Below, piece after piece: positions 28,401 through 37,431 of a stretch of DNA of 64,000 nt. The notes under the pieces are model-generated. The model worked only from the letters and a program-made list of their open reading frames with translations. It ran no database searches and was not told the origin of the DNA. Each line of letters opens with the position of its first letter. Positions within the stretch are counted from its first letter, which is position 1. Both the position numbers and the translations under genes were made by a program. Origin of the DNA: a virus (Duplodnaviria; Heunggongvirae; Uroviricota; Caudoviricetes); the IMG/VR virus record IMGVR_UViG_2595698548_000001, positions 130,140 through 194,139 of that record. The stretch is one strand, 5' to 3'.

Positions 28401-28563
28401 GAAGCAAGCCTGGAACCTGAAACTCAAGATGAAGGGTATGAAGAAAGACCCGCGTGCCGCCGACGAAGTCTTCACAGCGAAGACTGCGAAAGCCGCCATC
28501 GAGAAATTCAACGCCAAGCCTAAGAAACCTGTGAAAGGCAAAGTCATGAAGGAGGCCGCATGA
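25465..28563 (+). CDS. polA: family A DNA polymerase with N-terminal UDG-like domain and 3'-5' exonuclease
   Basis: Exo I IDTET; motif A KIDYAAHEVR; motif B RNSVKQVIFGLIY; motif C SVHDSL; N-terminal LFVLDYVPTEDLRSGRMLSGATGQL is UDG-like. Start 25465 chosen from the AGAGG RBS (ORF track gives 25432). Confidence 0.93.
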   Translation: MPKCDHVELDYKYSKKFRRVENNFGYVRLAKSVVKKPKGKILFVLDYVPTEDLRSGRMLSGATGQLFDNVIKVAEQYYNSDHELADYSWLAISFHAFKTAGQPEQFRSDAKLEFAERLNFIITEYKPDVVVTFGQDPYKALNGELIASKYRDRKGIHYEHFYGVPIETTVSKGEKSHTFKHVPTLSLNTLVNASGKGEPMYLAGYVARNLMTALYGGELRYKIPELKYKVRLVDTIDKFDEMLDTITEAKEVAIDTETKNLMRITNRMLTIQFAVDEKAAYILPIGHKDSPWLPDELKYIKKKLRLYFERKNKNKQHIYANAVFDLNRIRVDLGVRHFKNAVWDVFAGEFGHDENMKVLEGITGGTYYTLLNICMQYGCTAYYESDFGKDKRATIEQADLDKSLLNYCALDVVTLIHIKRLQIQRGKDYGYKKYQSIVKEQISDMLHVFSCLEVNGCKTDINWLFYLKSKDSPILKHRADVIKALNETKGVQRANAKMSKQSGAPQLGLFGKTKLNIFDIGKKAHLNMLMFDVLKLKPLSTGKGGQGNIDKDFQKKYADIPEVALYNELQKVKKIYNSYVKAFVKQWGSDSDMRSDSCIRPFFQFRDVVTGRTSAKKPSLHQIPSRNEITEFIKKMFPGRADLGKIIKRLFIADKGRLILKIDYAAHEVRGWSIITGDQEVADLFWHGLRMRNQYKLYPTEELAKKIDMEGDVHKINAAYFFGMKIEDVDKPKRNSVKQVIFGLIYQQGMEGVAKSTGQTLEAIKSLVKAFFKRFPIGAGWFDKIKEKAAKQLYVESPLGRRRNLWAFLIPKDAKSFEGVYAATGRRAVNSPIQGMGSDFLVSGAREIENMKYAHYRETGHYPDFYMCNSVHDSLEFSVAYEDVWLAIRMIEHGLTYGVMSVMEKRHGLRFPVPLEIDFEIGANIRDCKGWDYSLANLDELIEKALVQQRDEFGYEVDVEKTLKQITRGQYEHMPDWAKKQAWNLKLKMKGMKKDPRAADEVFTAKTAKAAIEKFNAKPKKPVKGKVMKEAA

Positions 28564-28889
28564 GTGGTGACCTGCAACACGCCGTCGATCTTTTGAACGA
28601 GGCAGTGGCGCTTGATCCGAAACTCTGGTCGCTGTTTGACGTGATGGTCCCTACGGCTACCGTCGTAGGGCTATCAACGCCTATCGAGTTGATGCAGGTC
28701 AATGATCGACTCGCCATGGCGAACGTGCTCGGAGTCCTGAACGGACTTCTTGCACCCAGTGCAAACGAGCGTATCAGCATTATCGTGGAAAACAAAAATG
28801 GACACACCCAACGCAAATTTTGCGTCACCGGGCTTGAACATTCCGCCGTGGGCGATGCTCAGCACCAGGATGTCGAAGGGTCTGTATAA
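28560..28889 (+). CDS. hypothetical protein
   Basis: ATGA-coupled to polA. Confidence 0.7.
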   Translation: MSGDLQHAVDLLNEAVALDPKLWSLFDVMVPTATVVGLSTPIELMQVNDRLAMANVLGVLNGLLAPSANERISIIVENKNGHTQRKFCVTGLEHSAVGDAQHQDVEGSV

Positions 28890-29211
28890 GCGCATTCTTG
28901 CCAGCCAGACCATAAGCCTGTCCAAGGGCGAATTGCAGCAATGGTTCGTTGAGTCGTGGAATGCAACCTACGCCAACTTCACGCAGGTTGCAATCGCAAT
29001 GTGTGAAGACACTACGTCGGCAGAGATTCTGATGCGCGCTGCCCGCGCCGTGTTTCTGGAAATGCAAGTGCGATTCCCAGGACTTCACCGTTCTGGATAC
29101 AACATGTACATGGCAGTGTCACCTCGCGGTAGAACCTGCCGTCTCTATTTAGACGTTGCGCCCAAGGGCGTGATCGTGACAGACGCTCCTGTTAATTGGA
29201 CTCTGCACTAA
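28870..29211 (+). CDS. hypothetical protein
   Basis: Likely start MSKGLYKR at 28870 (same frame as track ORF 28750..29211). Confidence 0.6.
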   Translation: MSKGLYKRILASQTISLSKGELQQWFVESWNATYANFTQVAIAMCEDTTSAEILMRAARAVFLEMQVRFPGLHRSGYNMYMAVSPRGRTCRLYLDVAPKGVIVTDAPVNWTLH

Positions 29212-29221
29212 GGAACGAAAG

Positions 29222-30367
29222 ATGAAGATTTCCCAGAAGCCAAACCTCTCTTTCACTGCACATGCCAAAGAACTGCAATCGGCAATCAGCAAGGTGCAGA
29301 GCATCACCCAGTTCGTCGATTGCCTTGACACCGAGCGCAAGCATGCCCTGATCGTCGCTGATGGCAAAGCCTACGTTGCAGGTATCACACCTGATGCGTT
29401 TGCGTGCCTCCAGATTGCCGACAGTATGGCTGACGCTGAGGGTAGCCTGGTGTTCGATCCGCAGACGGTCAACGGCCTTATCAAAGGTCGTGATGTTCTG
29501 AGCGTCGAAGGCAGCAAAGCGCAAGTCACGTTCAGTGCCGTGAAAGGTAAGTACACCGCCAAGACCGAACTCGCCTTGTTCGATGACGCCGACATGGTGC
29601 GCGTCAAGTCCGTGTTCGAGGCTCCCAAGGCGAAGAAGCTCAAGAATGCCGTCATCAACGCAATTCGCGCAGGCATCAAAGCGGCCGAACTCACCAACTT
29701 CTACTCGGACGAAGTGATCCTCGCTTTCGTCAAGGTTGGTGAGAAAGGCGTCACCATCGAGTGCGCGGACAACTTCCACATTTCCTGCTACCAGGACAAG
29801 ACACCGAGCGACGCCAAGTTTCGCTTTGCCATTCCTGCCAAGACTTTCGGCCTGATCGACAAGTTCATCGGCGACGAAGACGCGCAGTTCAGTCTCGACG
29901 GTAGCCAATTGCGTGTCCACGGCAAAGGCTTCACTGTGAGTCTGCCGGAAACTCAAGCCGACGAAAGCTACTTCGATTTGGTTCCGCAGTATCTGAAAGC
30001 CCTCACCGAGCCGAAGACCAAGATCAAGTTCAAGACCGAGGCGTTGAAGACGGTCGACAACATGTTCGCCATCATTACCGAAGATACCAAGATGGCGTTC
30101 TCCGTCGGCAAGAAGGGTGTCGAGATTCGCATGACCACACGTAGCGGCGAAGTCAGCGATGAGTTCAAGGCGGCCGTTGATGGCGAGAAGCGCACTGCGC
30201 ATATCGATCCGCGCATCCTGAATGACCTGCTCAAGAAAGCCAAGGGTGATGAGATTCCGATGGAGTTTTACGTCGGCAAGAAAGGCACCTCGTCGTGCTT
30301 CAAGATCATTTCCAAGCAGAGTGACACTGCGCGCCTTACTCAGATTGGTACCTTCTATGACGAATGA
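29222..30367 (+). CDS. dnaN: sliding clamp, DNA polymerase III beta-like
   Basis: 381 aa (three-domain beta size); N-terminal KELQSAISKV; ECADNFHIS resembles the ATD.HRL motif; near polA, with a gamma/tau loader in the window. Confidence 0.72.
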   Translation: MKISQKPNLSFTAHAKELQSAISKVQSITQFVDCLDTERKHALIVADGKAYVAGITPDAFACLQIADSMADAEGSLVFDPQTVNGLIKGRDVLSVEGSKAQVTFSAVKGKYTAKTELALFDDADMVRVKSVFEAPKAKKLKNAVINAIRAGIKAAELTNFYSDEVILAFVKVGEKGVTIECADNFHISCYQDKTPSDAKFRFAIPAKTFGLIDKFIGDEDAQFSLDGSQLRVHGKGFTVSLPETQADESYFDLVPQYLKALTEPKTKIKFKTEALKTVDNMFAIITEDTKMAFSVGKKGVEIRMTTRSGEVSDEFKAAVDGEKRTAHIDPRILNDLLKKAKGDEIPMEFYVGKKGTSSCFKIISKQSDTARLTQIGTFYDE

Positions 30368-30794
30368 TGTCAGCCCGATCTTTAGTATCGCGGATGACAT
30401 TGAAATCACCAGCAAGGGTGTAAATACCTTTGAGCGGCTGGGTGCTGCGCATGACGGTTATCACATAGCCGTCTTCTTTCGCCCAGTCGTGCAGGCGTCA
30501 CTCCGCATCGACCACAAGAACCCGATCATCCTGAACCGATTCTGCACGATGTACAACTTCGTGAACAATCGTGGTACCGTGTACGGGCACCTGTTCGTAG
30601 TGAACGAGACCAAGCTGGAGATCATCGACAACCGCATGATTATCCGTTGCAACCAGCGCGAAAAGTACGACTTCGAGGCGCTGACCTTGAGCAACGAGAA
30701 GACCAAACTGCTGTTCTTCAAAAGCAGCTCAGGCTGCCTGCTGGTGCTCAGCGCTGGCAACGAACAGTCCGAATACCTTATCAAGGAGGCGTAA
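30357..30794 (+). CDS. hypothetical protein
   Basis: Likely start MTNDVSPIF at 30357, overlapping the clamp stop. Confidence 0.65.
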   Translation: MTNDVSPIFSIADDIEITSKGVNTFERLGAAHDGYHIAVFFRPVVQASLRIDHKNPIILNRFCTMYNFVNNRGTVYGHLFVVNETKLEIIDNRMIIRCNQREKYDFEALTLSNEKTKLLFFKSSSGCLLVLSAGNEQSEYLIKEA

Positions 30795-31325
30795 ATGGAC
30801 AAAGAGGATTTGGATCATCTGCGTCGAATCGTCAAGCGCGATGAGAAGTACAAGCGCTTCAAGGCCGCTGTCGATAAGAACCCGAACCTGCAATTGGCGT
30901 TCGAGGACCTGCACGATGAGATTGATCGGATGCAGCGCACGCGCTCCGTCCGCTCTCTGAATCGCAAGGACAAGGACTTCACCAACTCCGTGATCGATGC
31001 GATGCTCATGGACGTTCGCTACCGGGGTCGCCTTGCTGAGATTCTTGCATCTTGTCTGGCTATCACAGGAGGTTTTCAGGAGACGTTGCTTAACCTGCGT
31101 GATTACCTGCTGCTTGAGTACAGCGGCCGCCTTGGCAAGCATCGCACAACGAAAGACGAGCGGCGCAATTTCATGGAGAACGTCCTCCGTCCGTTCTTCC
31201 GTTACATCCACAAGGTGGAGCAACTGAAAGCCCACGCTGAGTTGATCGTCGCTGACATCGACAAGACCAGCTATACCTACACCAACCTGGTAGCTGCCAT
31301 CAAGCTGTTGGGGAAAGGCGAGTAA
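30795..31325 (+). CDS. helical protein, possibly a UvsY-like recombination mediator
   Basis: AGGAGG RBS; all-alpha 176 aa directly upstream of a UvsW-like helicase, as uvsY neighbours uvsW in T4; function inferred from context only. Confidence 0.35.
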   Translation: MDKEDLDHLRRIVKRDEKYKRFKAAVDKNPNLQLAFEDLHDEIDRMQRTRSVRSLNRKDKDFTNSVIDAMLMDVRYRGRLAEILASCLAITGGFQETLLNLRDYLLLEYSGRLGKHRTTKDERRNFMENVLRPFFRYIHKVEQLKAHAELIVADIDKTSYTYTNLVAAIKLLGKGE

Positions 31326-31332
31326 CTCGAAC

Positions 31333-32928
31333 ATGGCTGACATTATTGTCCGTGAGCGCATGTACATCCCCAGCTATCTGGTGGATGAGCGCGACGTGAA
31401 GAAAAGGTACGTCCATCGGTTTTACGAGGAGTCGGCCTGTCGAAAATGTGATAACCGTTCCGAGCGGCACAACTACGTCTGCCAGAAGTGCCCGGCGTAC
31501 ACTGGCAAGAACGTCACCGTCAATGAGAAGATCGTCGATGGCGTTCACTACTACGGCATCCCATTGGGTGAACGCAAGAACCTGAAAGCTCATCTTGGTA
31601 TCAAACCCAAGCGCCATACCTTCATCGACCTGCGCACAAAAGCAAAGCGCCGCTACGATGTCCGCATGGTGAACTTCAAGCCGTTCGATTACCAAGAACC
31701 TGCTGTCGAAAAGCTCGGCGATGCAGGTTTTGGCATTCTCAAAGCGCCGCCACGTTCCGGTAAGACTCCGACCATGCTCTACACGGGCATCAAGAAGTTC
31801 CCGTACCGCATCTGCATCATCGCTGACCAGAAGGAGTTCCTCGATCAGTTTCTGGCACACGTCGAGGAATTTACCAACCTGCCGCAGCTGGAGAAGAAGT
31901 ACAAGAAGAAACTCTATGGTTACGGCAAGAAGCCCGAGGACTTCAAGAACTTCGAGATTATCGTCTGCACCTACCAGACGTTCCTGAGCGAGAAAGGCAA
32001 GAAGCTGCTCAAGCTCCTGAACAAGAACTACGGCACTGTGTTCGTGGACGAGGTGCATTCCTCAGGTGCATTGAAATACTCCGAGTTCCTGAATGAGCTG
32101 GCAATGCGTGTGCGTATCGGTGCGACCGGTACCGACGACCGCAAGGACGGCAAGTACAAGATCGTCGAACAGATCATGGGGCCCGTCACTGCGCTGATCG
32201 AACGTGACCAGTTGCAGGCGCAAGTCTTCGTGCATCCGTTGGACTTCGTGAAGTCCAAGAGCCAGTACAAAGGCCGCGCTGGCTTCACCTATTGTGTGAA
32301 CTTCCTGAGTAAACACAAGAAGCGCAACCAGTTCATCGTTGACTGGGTGATGAAAGACTTGGAGAAAGGGCACAACCTGTTGATCCCTGTGTTCCGTAAA
32401 GAGCACGTCTGGGAACTGGTCAAGATGATCAACGACGAGGCTGGCAAGAAGATTGCTGATGGCTTCGTTGGTGGTGCCAAGAACAAGAAGGACATCGAGC
32501 GCAGACGTGAGGTACTGGAGAAGGCCAAGTCCGGCAAGATTCGCGTGGTCATCGGCATTCGCTCGCTGATGCAACGCGGCCTGAACGTCCCTCGCTGGAG
32601 CATGATCTACGGCGTCATGCCTATCAACAACGAACCAAACTGGAAGCAAGAGTCGTCGCGTGTGCTCACCCCGTTCGAAGGTAAGCGCAAGCCCGGCATC
32701 CGGCTCTTTGTGGACGAGCACATTGGGTTGACCTTGGGTTGCTTTGCTGGCACGTACAAGCAATGCCTCAAGTTCAAGCACAAGCCAACTGAGGTGGCAA
32801 GTGAACGAGCAATCAAACTCTTGGAGAAGCACCAAAGCCGCCGCGGTGGACGAGGCGGTGACTTCATGGAGGACACCAAAGCAGTGCGATCAACCCCGAG
32901 AGCACTCGGCCGTCCATTCGGAGATTAA
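31333..32928 (+). CDS. uvsW: UvsW/XPB-like SF2 DNA helicase with N-terminal zinc finger
   Basis: CRKC..CQKC; KAPPRSGKT; FVDEVH; ATGT; QRGLNVP. Confidence 0.82.
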   Translation: MADIIVRERMYIPSYLVDERDVKKRYVHRFYEESACRKCDNRSERHNYVCQKCPAYTGKNVTVNEKIVDGVHYYGIPLGERKNLKAHLGIKPKRHTFIDLRTKAKRRYDVRMVNFKPFDYQEPAVEKLGDAGFGILKAPPRSGKTPTMLYTGIKKFPYRICIIADQKEFLDQFLAHVEEFTNLPQLEKKYKKKLYGYGKKPEDFKNFEIIVCTYQTFLSEKGKKLLKLLNKNYGTVFVDEVHSSGALKYSEFLNELAMRVRIGATGTDDRKDGKYKIVEQIMGPVTALIERDQLQAQVFVHPLDFVKSKSQYKGRAGFTYCVNFLSKHKKRNQFIVDWVMKDLEKGHNLLIPVFRKEHVWELVKMINDEAGKKIADGFVGGAKNKKDIERRREVLEKAKSGKIRVVIGIRSLMQRGLNVPRWSMIYGVMPINNEPNWKQESSRVLTPFEGKRKPGIRLFVDEHIGLTLGCFAGTYKQCLKFKHKPTEVASERAIKLLEKHQSRRGGRGGDFMEDTKAVRSTPRALGRPFGD

Positions 32929-32929
32929 G

Positions 32930-33406
32930 CTGGTAGTTCATGAGGCCAAGATTCATCTTGGGCCCTCAGGACTCAAAGAGTACCACGGTCGTCAAGAGAC
33001 GGCCGTGCTTGCCGGCATACTGCACAAGTCCGCATGTCGGCATAAGGTCTGGCGCCGCGTAGTCGCCAACGCCGTCGAGACGGAAAACTCCGTGTTGCTG
33101 CTCGAAGGGCCTGAGGCCAGATTCGAGGCCGACAAGGTGTGCAAGTACGTCAAAGGTGATGTGGACGTGATGTCACCTGCTGAGTACCTGCAATCTGTAA
33201 ACAGAGCAAAGATAGTCTTCTGTCCAGTCGCACCCAGTATGATCAAGGCATATCCAGACCTGATCAACGTGTTGCTGGACGCTAACGAATTGCATACGAT
33301 ACTCTCCTATGACCAAGCGCAGGAAAGATTTCTTACAAGACTTAGACAACGAGCTGCAAAGCGTCGATCCCAAGTCTCTACGCTCATCTATCGCGAAGGA
33401 AGATGA
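32930..33406 (+). CDS. hypothetical protein, start uncertain
   Basis: Coding-like frame LVVHEAKIHLG...; no ATG near the helicase stop. Either CTG 32930 after GGAG or an upstream overlapping GTG is the start. Confidence 0.5.
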   Translation: MVVHEAKIHLGPSGLKEYHGRQETAVLAGILHKSACRHKVWRRVVANAVETENSVLLLEGPEARFEADKVCKYVKGDVDVMSPAEYLQSVNRAKIVFCPVAPSMIKAYPDLINVLLDANELHTILSYDQAQERFLTRLRQRAAKRRSQVSTLIYREGR

Positions 33407-34118
33407 GGTTGCCCTGAATTTCCGCTTCGATAACGTCCGCCAGAAGCTGCTCAAGTCGCGTGGTGTTGACGGCTACCCGTTCAGTCTGGCGCGTTCCCCG
33501 TTTGTGTTGGAGGATGCCCTGGTGCGGATCAAGCCGATCGTCCTCGACGTTCAGGCCCTCGCAAAGAAGACCCAGAACGAACAGCGCGACGCCGTTGCCC
33601 TGCTCCAGTCCAAGCACGCCATCACGTGGTTGCCGGAAGAGTTTGTGATGCGCAGCGTGTCGATCAAGAAGCAGCTCGCCAACATCCACAAGGTGATGGA
33701 GAACCCGCTTCGTGGTAGTTACACGATGGCGATTGGCAGTTATCCGAGCGACACTAGAGCCAAGCTGCTGGCGCTAAACTTCATGGATCGTGCGATTACG
33801 GCACAGCAAGCCGGCCAGCATCGTGGACGTGCGTACCCACTCTGGCACACTCTCTACGGTAACCAGTGGGACAGCCTGCGCGACGCCCGCGAGGAAGAGC
33901 ATTTCAGTATGCTCATCATCACCAACGTCGGCATGGACAGCAGCACAACCAAGCTGGAGAAGCTGCGCGACTTGCTGGTGAAGTACGGTAACGTGCCAAA
34001 GATCGTCGTCGTCAACGGCTGCGATCCCGTGACCTTCTTCGCTGAGAAGGTGCGCCTACCCCTCAACTATGCGTTCTACCTGTCGGCGGAACAAAAAGCC
34101 TCTATCATGGACATCTAA
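33309..34118 (+). CDS. DnaC/IstB-like helicase-loader homolog with degenerate ATPase motifs
   Basis: IGSYPSDTRAK at the Walker A position, MLIITNVG at Walker B, and LEKLRDLL...PKIVVVN resembling the DnaC/IstB C-terminal part. Confidence 0.45.
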   Translation: MTKRRKDFLQDLDNELQSVDPKSLRSSIAKEDEVALNFRFDNVRQKLLKSRGVDGYPFSLARSPFVLEDALVRIKPIVLDVQALAKKTQNEQRDAVALLQSKHAITWLPEEFVMRSVSIKKQLANIHKVMENPLRGSYTMAIGSYPSDTRAKLLALNFMDRAITAQQAGQHRGRAYPLWHTLYGNQWDSLRDAREEEHFSMLIITNVGMDSSTTKLEKLRDLLVKYGNVPKIVVVNGCDPVTFFAEKVRLPLNYAFYLSAEQKASIMDI

Positions 34119-34120
34119 AC

Positions 34121-34954
34121 ATGGGACCACAAGCCACGCTCCTGGATGAAATCGACGAAATGATCGATGCCATCAAGCAAACGCACTCCAACATGGAGCG
34201 CGTGTATGCCGTCTACCTTCCGCACTTCCCGGAGCAGTCCAAGGTCATCGATGATCTGAACCAGTTGATCAACGCCGCCGACAGTCCTGATTCCACGCCA
34301 GTTGCGCGTCACGATAAGTCAGGCGCCCTGGTCAAAGTGGACAGTGGCCTGAACATCGCACAAGATGTCCAGCGTATCCGCGAACAGCAGCAGACGGTAG
34401 AGGCTGAACAGCCGAAGGAAAAGACGCAGGAGGAAATGAAGGAAGAGTGGGGCAGCATGGCGTTGCGCACCCTGTTCCGAAAGATCAACCAGCTCTGCCA
34501 TCCTGACAAGTGCAAACGGTTCAGTCACATTGAGGTGAAGAAACTCCGCGAGGTGTTTGACGACGCTCATCGCGCCTACGCCGACCGTGATCGATATACG
34601 CTGAATCTGCTGTTCATCCGTGCCTGCTACATCCGCGGAGAACTGGATCGCCTGCCTCGTGAAGTGGTGCAGGACATCCAGAAGCGCCACACCGATCTGG
34701 TGCTGGACTTCCAGGCTCTCGCCATGCACCCGTTGTATCAGGTGCTGTTTGCCCACATGCAAGGACAGCACTACACGGCCAAGATCAAGTTCGGTGAGTT
34801 TCTGGTTACGCACATCCAGCGGTTGAACGATGAGCTGGAGCGTGTCCGTAAACTCAACGCCGCGACCAAGGCCATGTTTGATGAACTACATGCCGCCCAC
34901 GAGGAGAAGAAATTCAAAGATACCGTGGACATGGTCGAATCCTCTGCCGATTAA
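34121..34954 (+). CDS. J-domain (DnaJ-like) co-chaperone
   Basis: LRTLFRKINQLCHPDK...LREVFDDAHRAY: helix II-HPD-helix III of a J domain. Confidence 0.8.
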   Translation: MGPQATLLDEIDEMIDAIKQTHSNMERVYAVYLPHFPEQSKVIDDLNQLINAADSPDSTPVARHDKSGALVKVDSGLNIAQDVQRIREQQQTVEAEQPKEKTQEEMKEEWGSMALRTLFRKINQLCHPDKCKRFSHIEVKKLREVFDDAHRAYADRDRYTLNLLFIRACYIRGELDRLPREVVQDIQKRHTDLVLDFQALAMHPLYQVLFAHMQGQHYTAKIKFGEFLVTHIQRLNDELERVRKLNAATKAMFDELHAAHEEKKFKDTVDMVESSAD

Positions 34955-34957
34955 CCC

Positions 34958-34985
34958 AAACGGAGCCCATTGCGGCTCCGTTTTT
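34958..34985 (+). terminator. intrinsic terminator
   Basis: aaacggagcc-cattgc-ggctccgttttt. Confidence 0.88.
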
Positions 34986-35012
34986 CGTTTCCGTCAACCA
35001 GTTCGTTGGTGT

Positions 35013-35020
35013 GCTAATTT
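35013..35020 (+). promoter_or_regulatory. candidate late-promoter motif GCTAATTT
   Basis: Intergenic, after a terminator and upstream of the tail sheath gene. Confidence 0.55.
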
Positions 35021-35116
35021 ACTCCGTACAATGTCAGTCATGGTTTCGTTGTACCATAGACGGTTGTCCAGTGTTTCCATACCAACTATACGAGAAACTG
35101 TTGACGGAGACCTAAC

Positions 35117-36760
35117 ATGGTCAGTAAAGTTCATCCCAGTGCCGGTGTATATCCGAATGAAAAGGATATGTCCGTGCGCGCCGCCGCGGCCTCGACTTCC
35201 ATTGTCGGTACCGTAGGTGAAGCCTCCATGGGCGCGGTCAATGTGATCGTGGACATCTTCGACAACGAAGACCTGCGCTCCAAATTCGGCACGCCCAACG
35301 CGCAGAAGTACGGATTCGCTCTGTACTGTGCCGAACAGGCGCTTTCCCAAACCAAGGCCCTCAAGTTCATCCGTGTGGTAAACACCGATGCGCTGACTGC
35401 TGGTGCCTACCTAACCATTGACGACCCGGCTCAAACCATTCCGAACGTCCGTCTGAACGTCTTCGATGACGGCAGCAACAACCCTCGCGGTGTCTGGGAC
35501 CCGGAAAACAACCTGGGCTTCACGGCAGATCAAGATGCCGTGGATCGCGTGCTCGGTTACTTCGCCGCAGCCAACCCGGGTGCGTGGAACGACCGCCTGA
35601 GCATCAAGGTACGTCCGTCGAATCCGAGCGGTGTTGACGTGAGCGACGAACGCCACTACAACCCGTACCAGTTCTGGGTAGATGTTTACCTGGACTTCAA
35701 GAACGCCAACAGCCGTCCGGTGGAATCCTACCTGGTTAGCCGCGTTTACGAGCTGAACGGTGACGGCGATCAGATGTACTGGGAAGACGCGATCAACCTG
35801 CGTTCGCGCTATATCCGCGTCAAGAACAACCCGTTCTGCGGTCCGGTCAAGATCAAGAAGGAAGCCTTCGAGTTCCTGAAAGGCGGCAGCGATGGTACTC
35901 GCCCGACCGAGGCGCAGATCGCCGCAGCTTACGAGGAATTTGCCGATACCGAAACGGTTGACGTGAACATCCTCATGAACTCCGGTTACACCACGCCGCT
36001 GGTTCAGCGCAAGATGGTGAGCATCTGTGAGAATCGCGGCGACGCGCTCGCAGTGCTGGACGTACCGGATGCGGAACACGAAGCTGCCCGTGCCGTGAAC
36101 TACGCCACGAACACGCTCAACGTGAACTCCAGCTACGCCGGTTTGTACACGCCGTTCGTGCAAATCCGCGATACGCACAACGACAAGACCCTGTTCATTC
36201 CGCCGTCTGGTCATGTGTGTGCTGCTATGGCGTACACCGACTACAACCGTGCCGTCTGGTTCGCACCTGCTGGTCTGTCTCGTGGTACCGTCAAGGTCCT
36301 GGGCATTCGCACCAAGTACAACCAAGGTGCACGCGATGCGCTCGACCGTGCCCACATCAACCCGATTCGCAACATCCCGGGTCGTGGTTACGTCATCATG
36401 GGCCAAGAAACCCTGCAAGCGTTCGCGTCCGCATTCAGCAACATCAACGTCCGCCGTCTGGTCAACTTCGTCAAGAAGTCGCTGGCGTCTGCGTGTGCAG
36501 TCTCCAACTTCGATCCGAACGATTCGATCACACGCCTCAGCCTGAAAGGTATCTGCGACGACTTCCTGCGTCCGATCCGACAGGGCCGCGGCCTGTATGC
36601 GTTCGAGATTGTGTGCGATATGCGCAACAACGACCCGGCAGACATCGCCAATGGCGACCTGGTGCTGGATGTCTACCTCGACCCGGTCATCCCGGCCAAG
36701 CGTGTCCATGTGACATCGCACATCATGCCGACCGGCACGTACTTCGACGAAAACAACTGA
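35117..36760 (+). CDS. contractile tail sheath protein
   Basis: HPSAGVYPNEKD, PPSGHV, WFAPAGLSRG, INPIR, INVRRL and LDVYLDPV sheath motifs. Confidence 0.95.
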   Translation: MVSKVHPSAGVYPNEKDMSVRAAAASTSIVGTVGEASMGAVNVIVDIFDNEDLRSKFGTPNAQKYGFALYCAEQALSQTKALKFIRVVNTDALTAGAYLTIDDPAQTIPNVRLNVFDDGSNNPRGVWDPENNLGFTADQDAVDRVLGYFAAANPGAWNDRLSIKVRPSNPSGVDVSDERHYNPYQFWVDVYLDFKNANSRPVESYLVSRVYELNGDGDQMYWEDAINLRSRYIRVKNNPFCGPVKIKKEAFEFLKGGSDGTRPTEAQIAAAYEEFADTETVDVNILMNSGYTTPLVQRKMVSICENRGDALAVLDVPDAEHEAARAVNYATNTLNVNSSYAGLYTPFVQIRDTHNDKTLFIPPSGHVCAAMAYTDYNRAVWFAPAGLSRGTVKVLGIRTKYNQGARDALDRAHINPIRNIPGRGYVIMGQETLQAFASAFSNINVRRLVNFVKKSLASACAVSNFDPNDSITRLSLKGICDDFLRPIRQGRGLYAFEIVCDMRNNDPADIANGDLVLDVYLDPVIPAKRVHVTSHIMPTGTYFDENN

Positions 36761-36770
36761 GAGGCGGAAA

Positions 36771-37415
36771 ATGTCTGAACTTCGTCTGGACCAACTGATT
36801 GACGATCTGGAGTCCATCTCCAATCTTCAAAACATGGACCCGCTGAACCCGATCGTGGTTCGCCTGTCCCACCCGACCAACCGTACCGTCACCGTAGTGG
36901 TGTGCGCGCAGAAAGAGCCCTCGCTGCTCATCCTGCCGCTGAACGTCACCTGGATCGACTTCGATCCGCTGTCGGCCAACTATCGCAAAGCACTGCGCCG
37001 CGTCTCCAAGGACGTGGATACCGTGCACGGTCGTGACCACACCTGGGAAATCATCGAGAACTACAACGATGTCTTCGTCACCCAGTATTACGACGCCGAA
37101 GACACCGCTCAACTGACCACACAGAACCCGGTGCCGGCCGCCTCGCCGACCATCATGGGTGTGGCCCGTATCTCGGTTCCGGCCCAAGTGTCGAGCAACC
37201 CCGTCGTGGTAGCCGAAGGCGACCCGCGTCTGTCCGACGCTCGTCCGCCGACTGGCCACACGCACGAAGAAGTGCCTGCAACCCAGATCAAAACGTCCAC
37301 GGGTGTTGTCACCATCGGCGGCAGCGAAGCTCCCGTCGCCGGCGCTGCTCTCGTAGCAACCGGTCCGACTACCGCCGTATGGCGTAAGCTGACCACCTCG
37401 GACATCCAGAACTGA
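36771..37415 (+). CDS. short tail/fibre-associated protein, paralog of the N-terminus of the next gene
   Basis: NPIVV...LPLNVTWIDFDP.S.NYRKALRR and DARPPTGHTH are shared with the 37432 protein. Confidence 0.7.
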   Translation: MSELRLDQLIDDLESISNLQNMDPLNPIVVRLSHPTNRTVTVVVCAQKEPSLLILPLNVTWIDFDPLSANYRKALRRVSKDVDTVHGRDHTWEIIENYNDVFVTQYYDAEDTAQLTTQNPVPAASPTIMGVARISVPAQVSSNPVVVAEGDPRLSDARPPTGHTHEEVPATQIKTSTGVVTIGGSEAPVAGAALVATGPTTAVWRKLTTSDIQN

Positions 37416-37431
37416 TCGGAGAAGATCGAAT

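Noticed and set aside
25465-28563. Intein or group I intron in polA, ligA, thyA or the SNF2 gene
   Set aside because: The ORFs are continuous, and no intein splice-junction or LAGLIDADG motifs were seen; the extra length is explained by fused domains.
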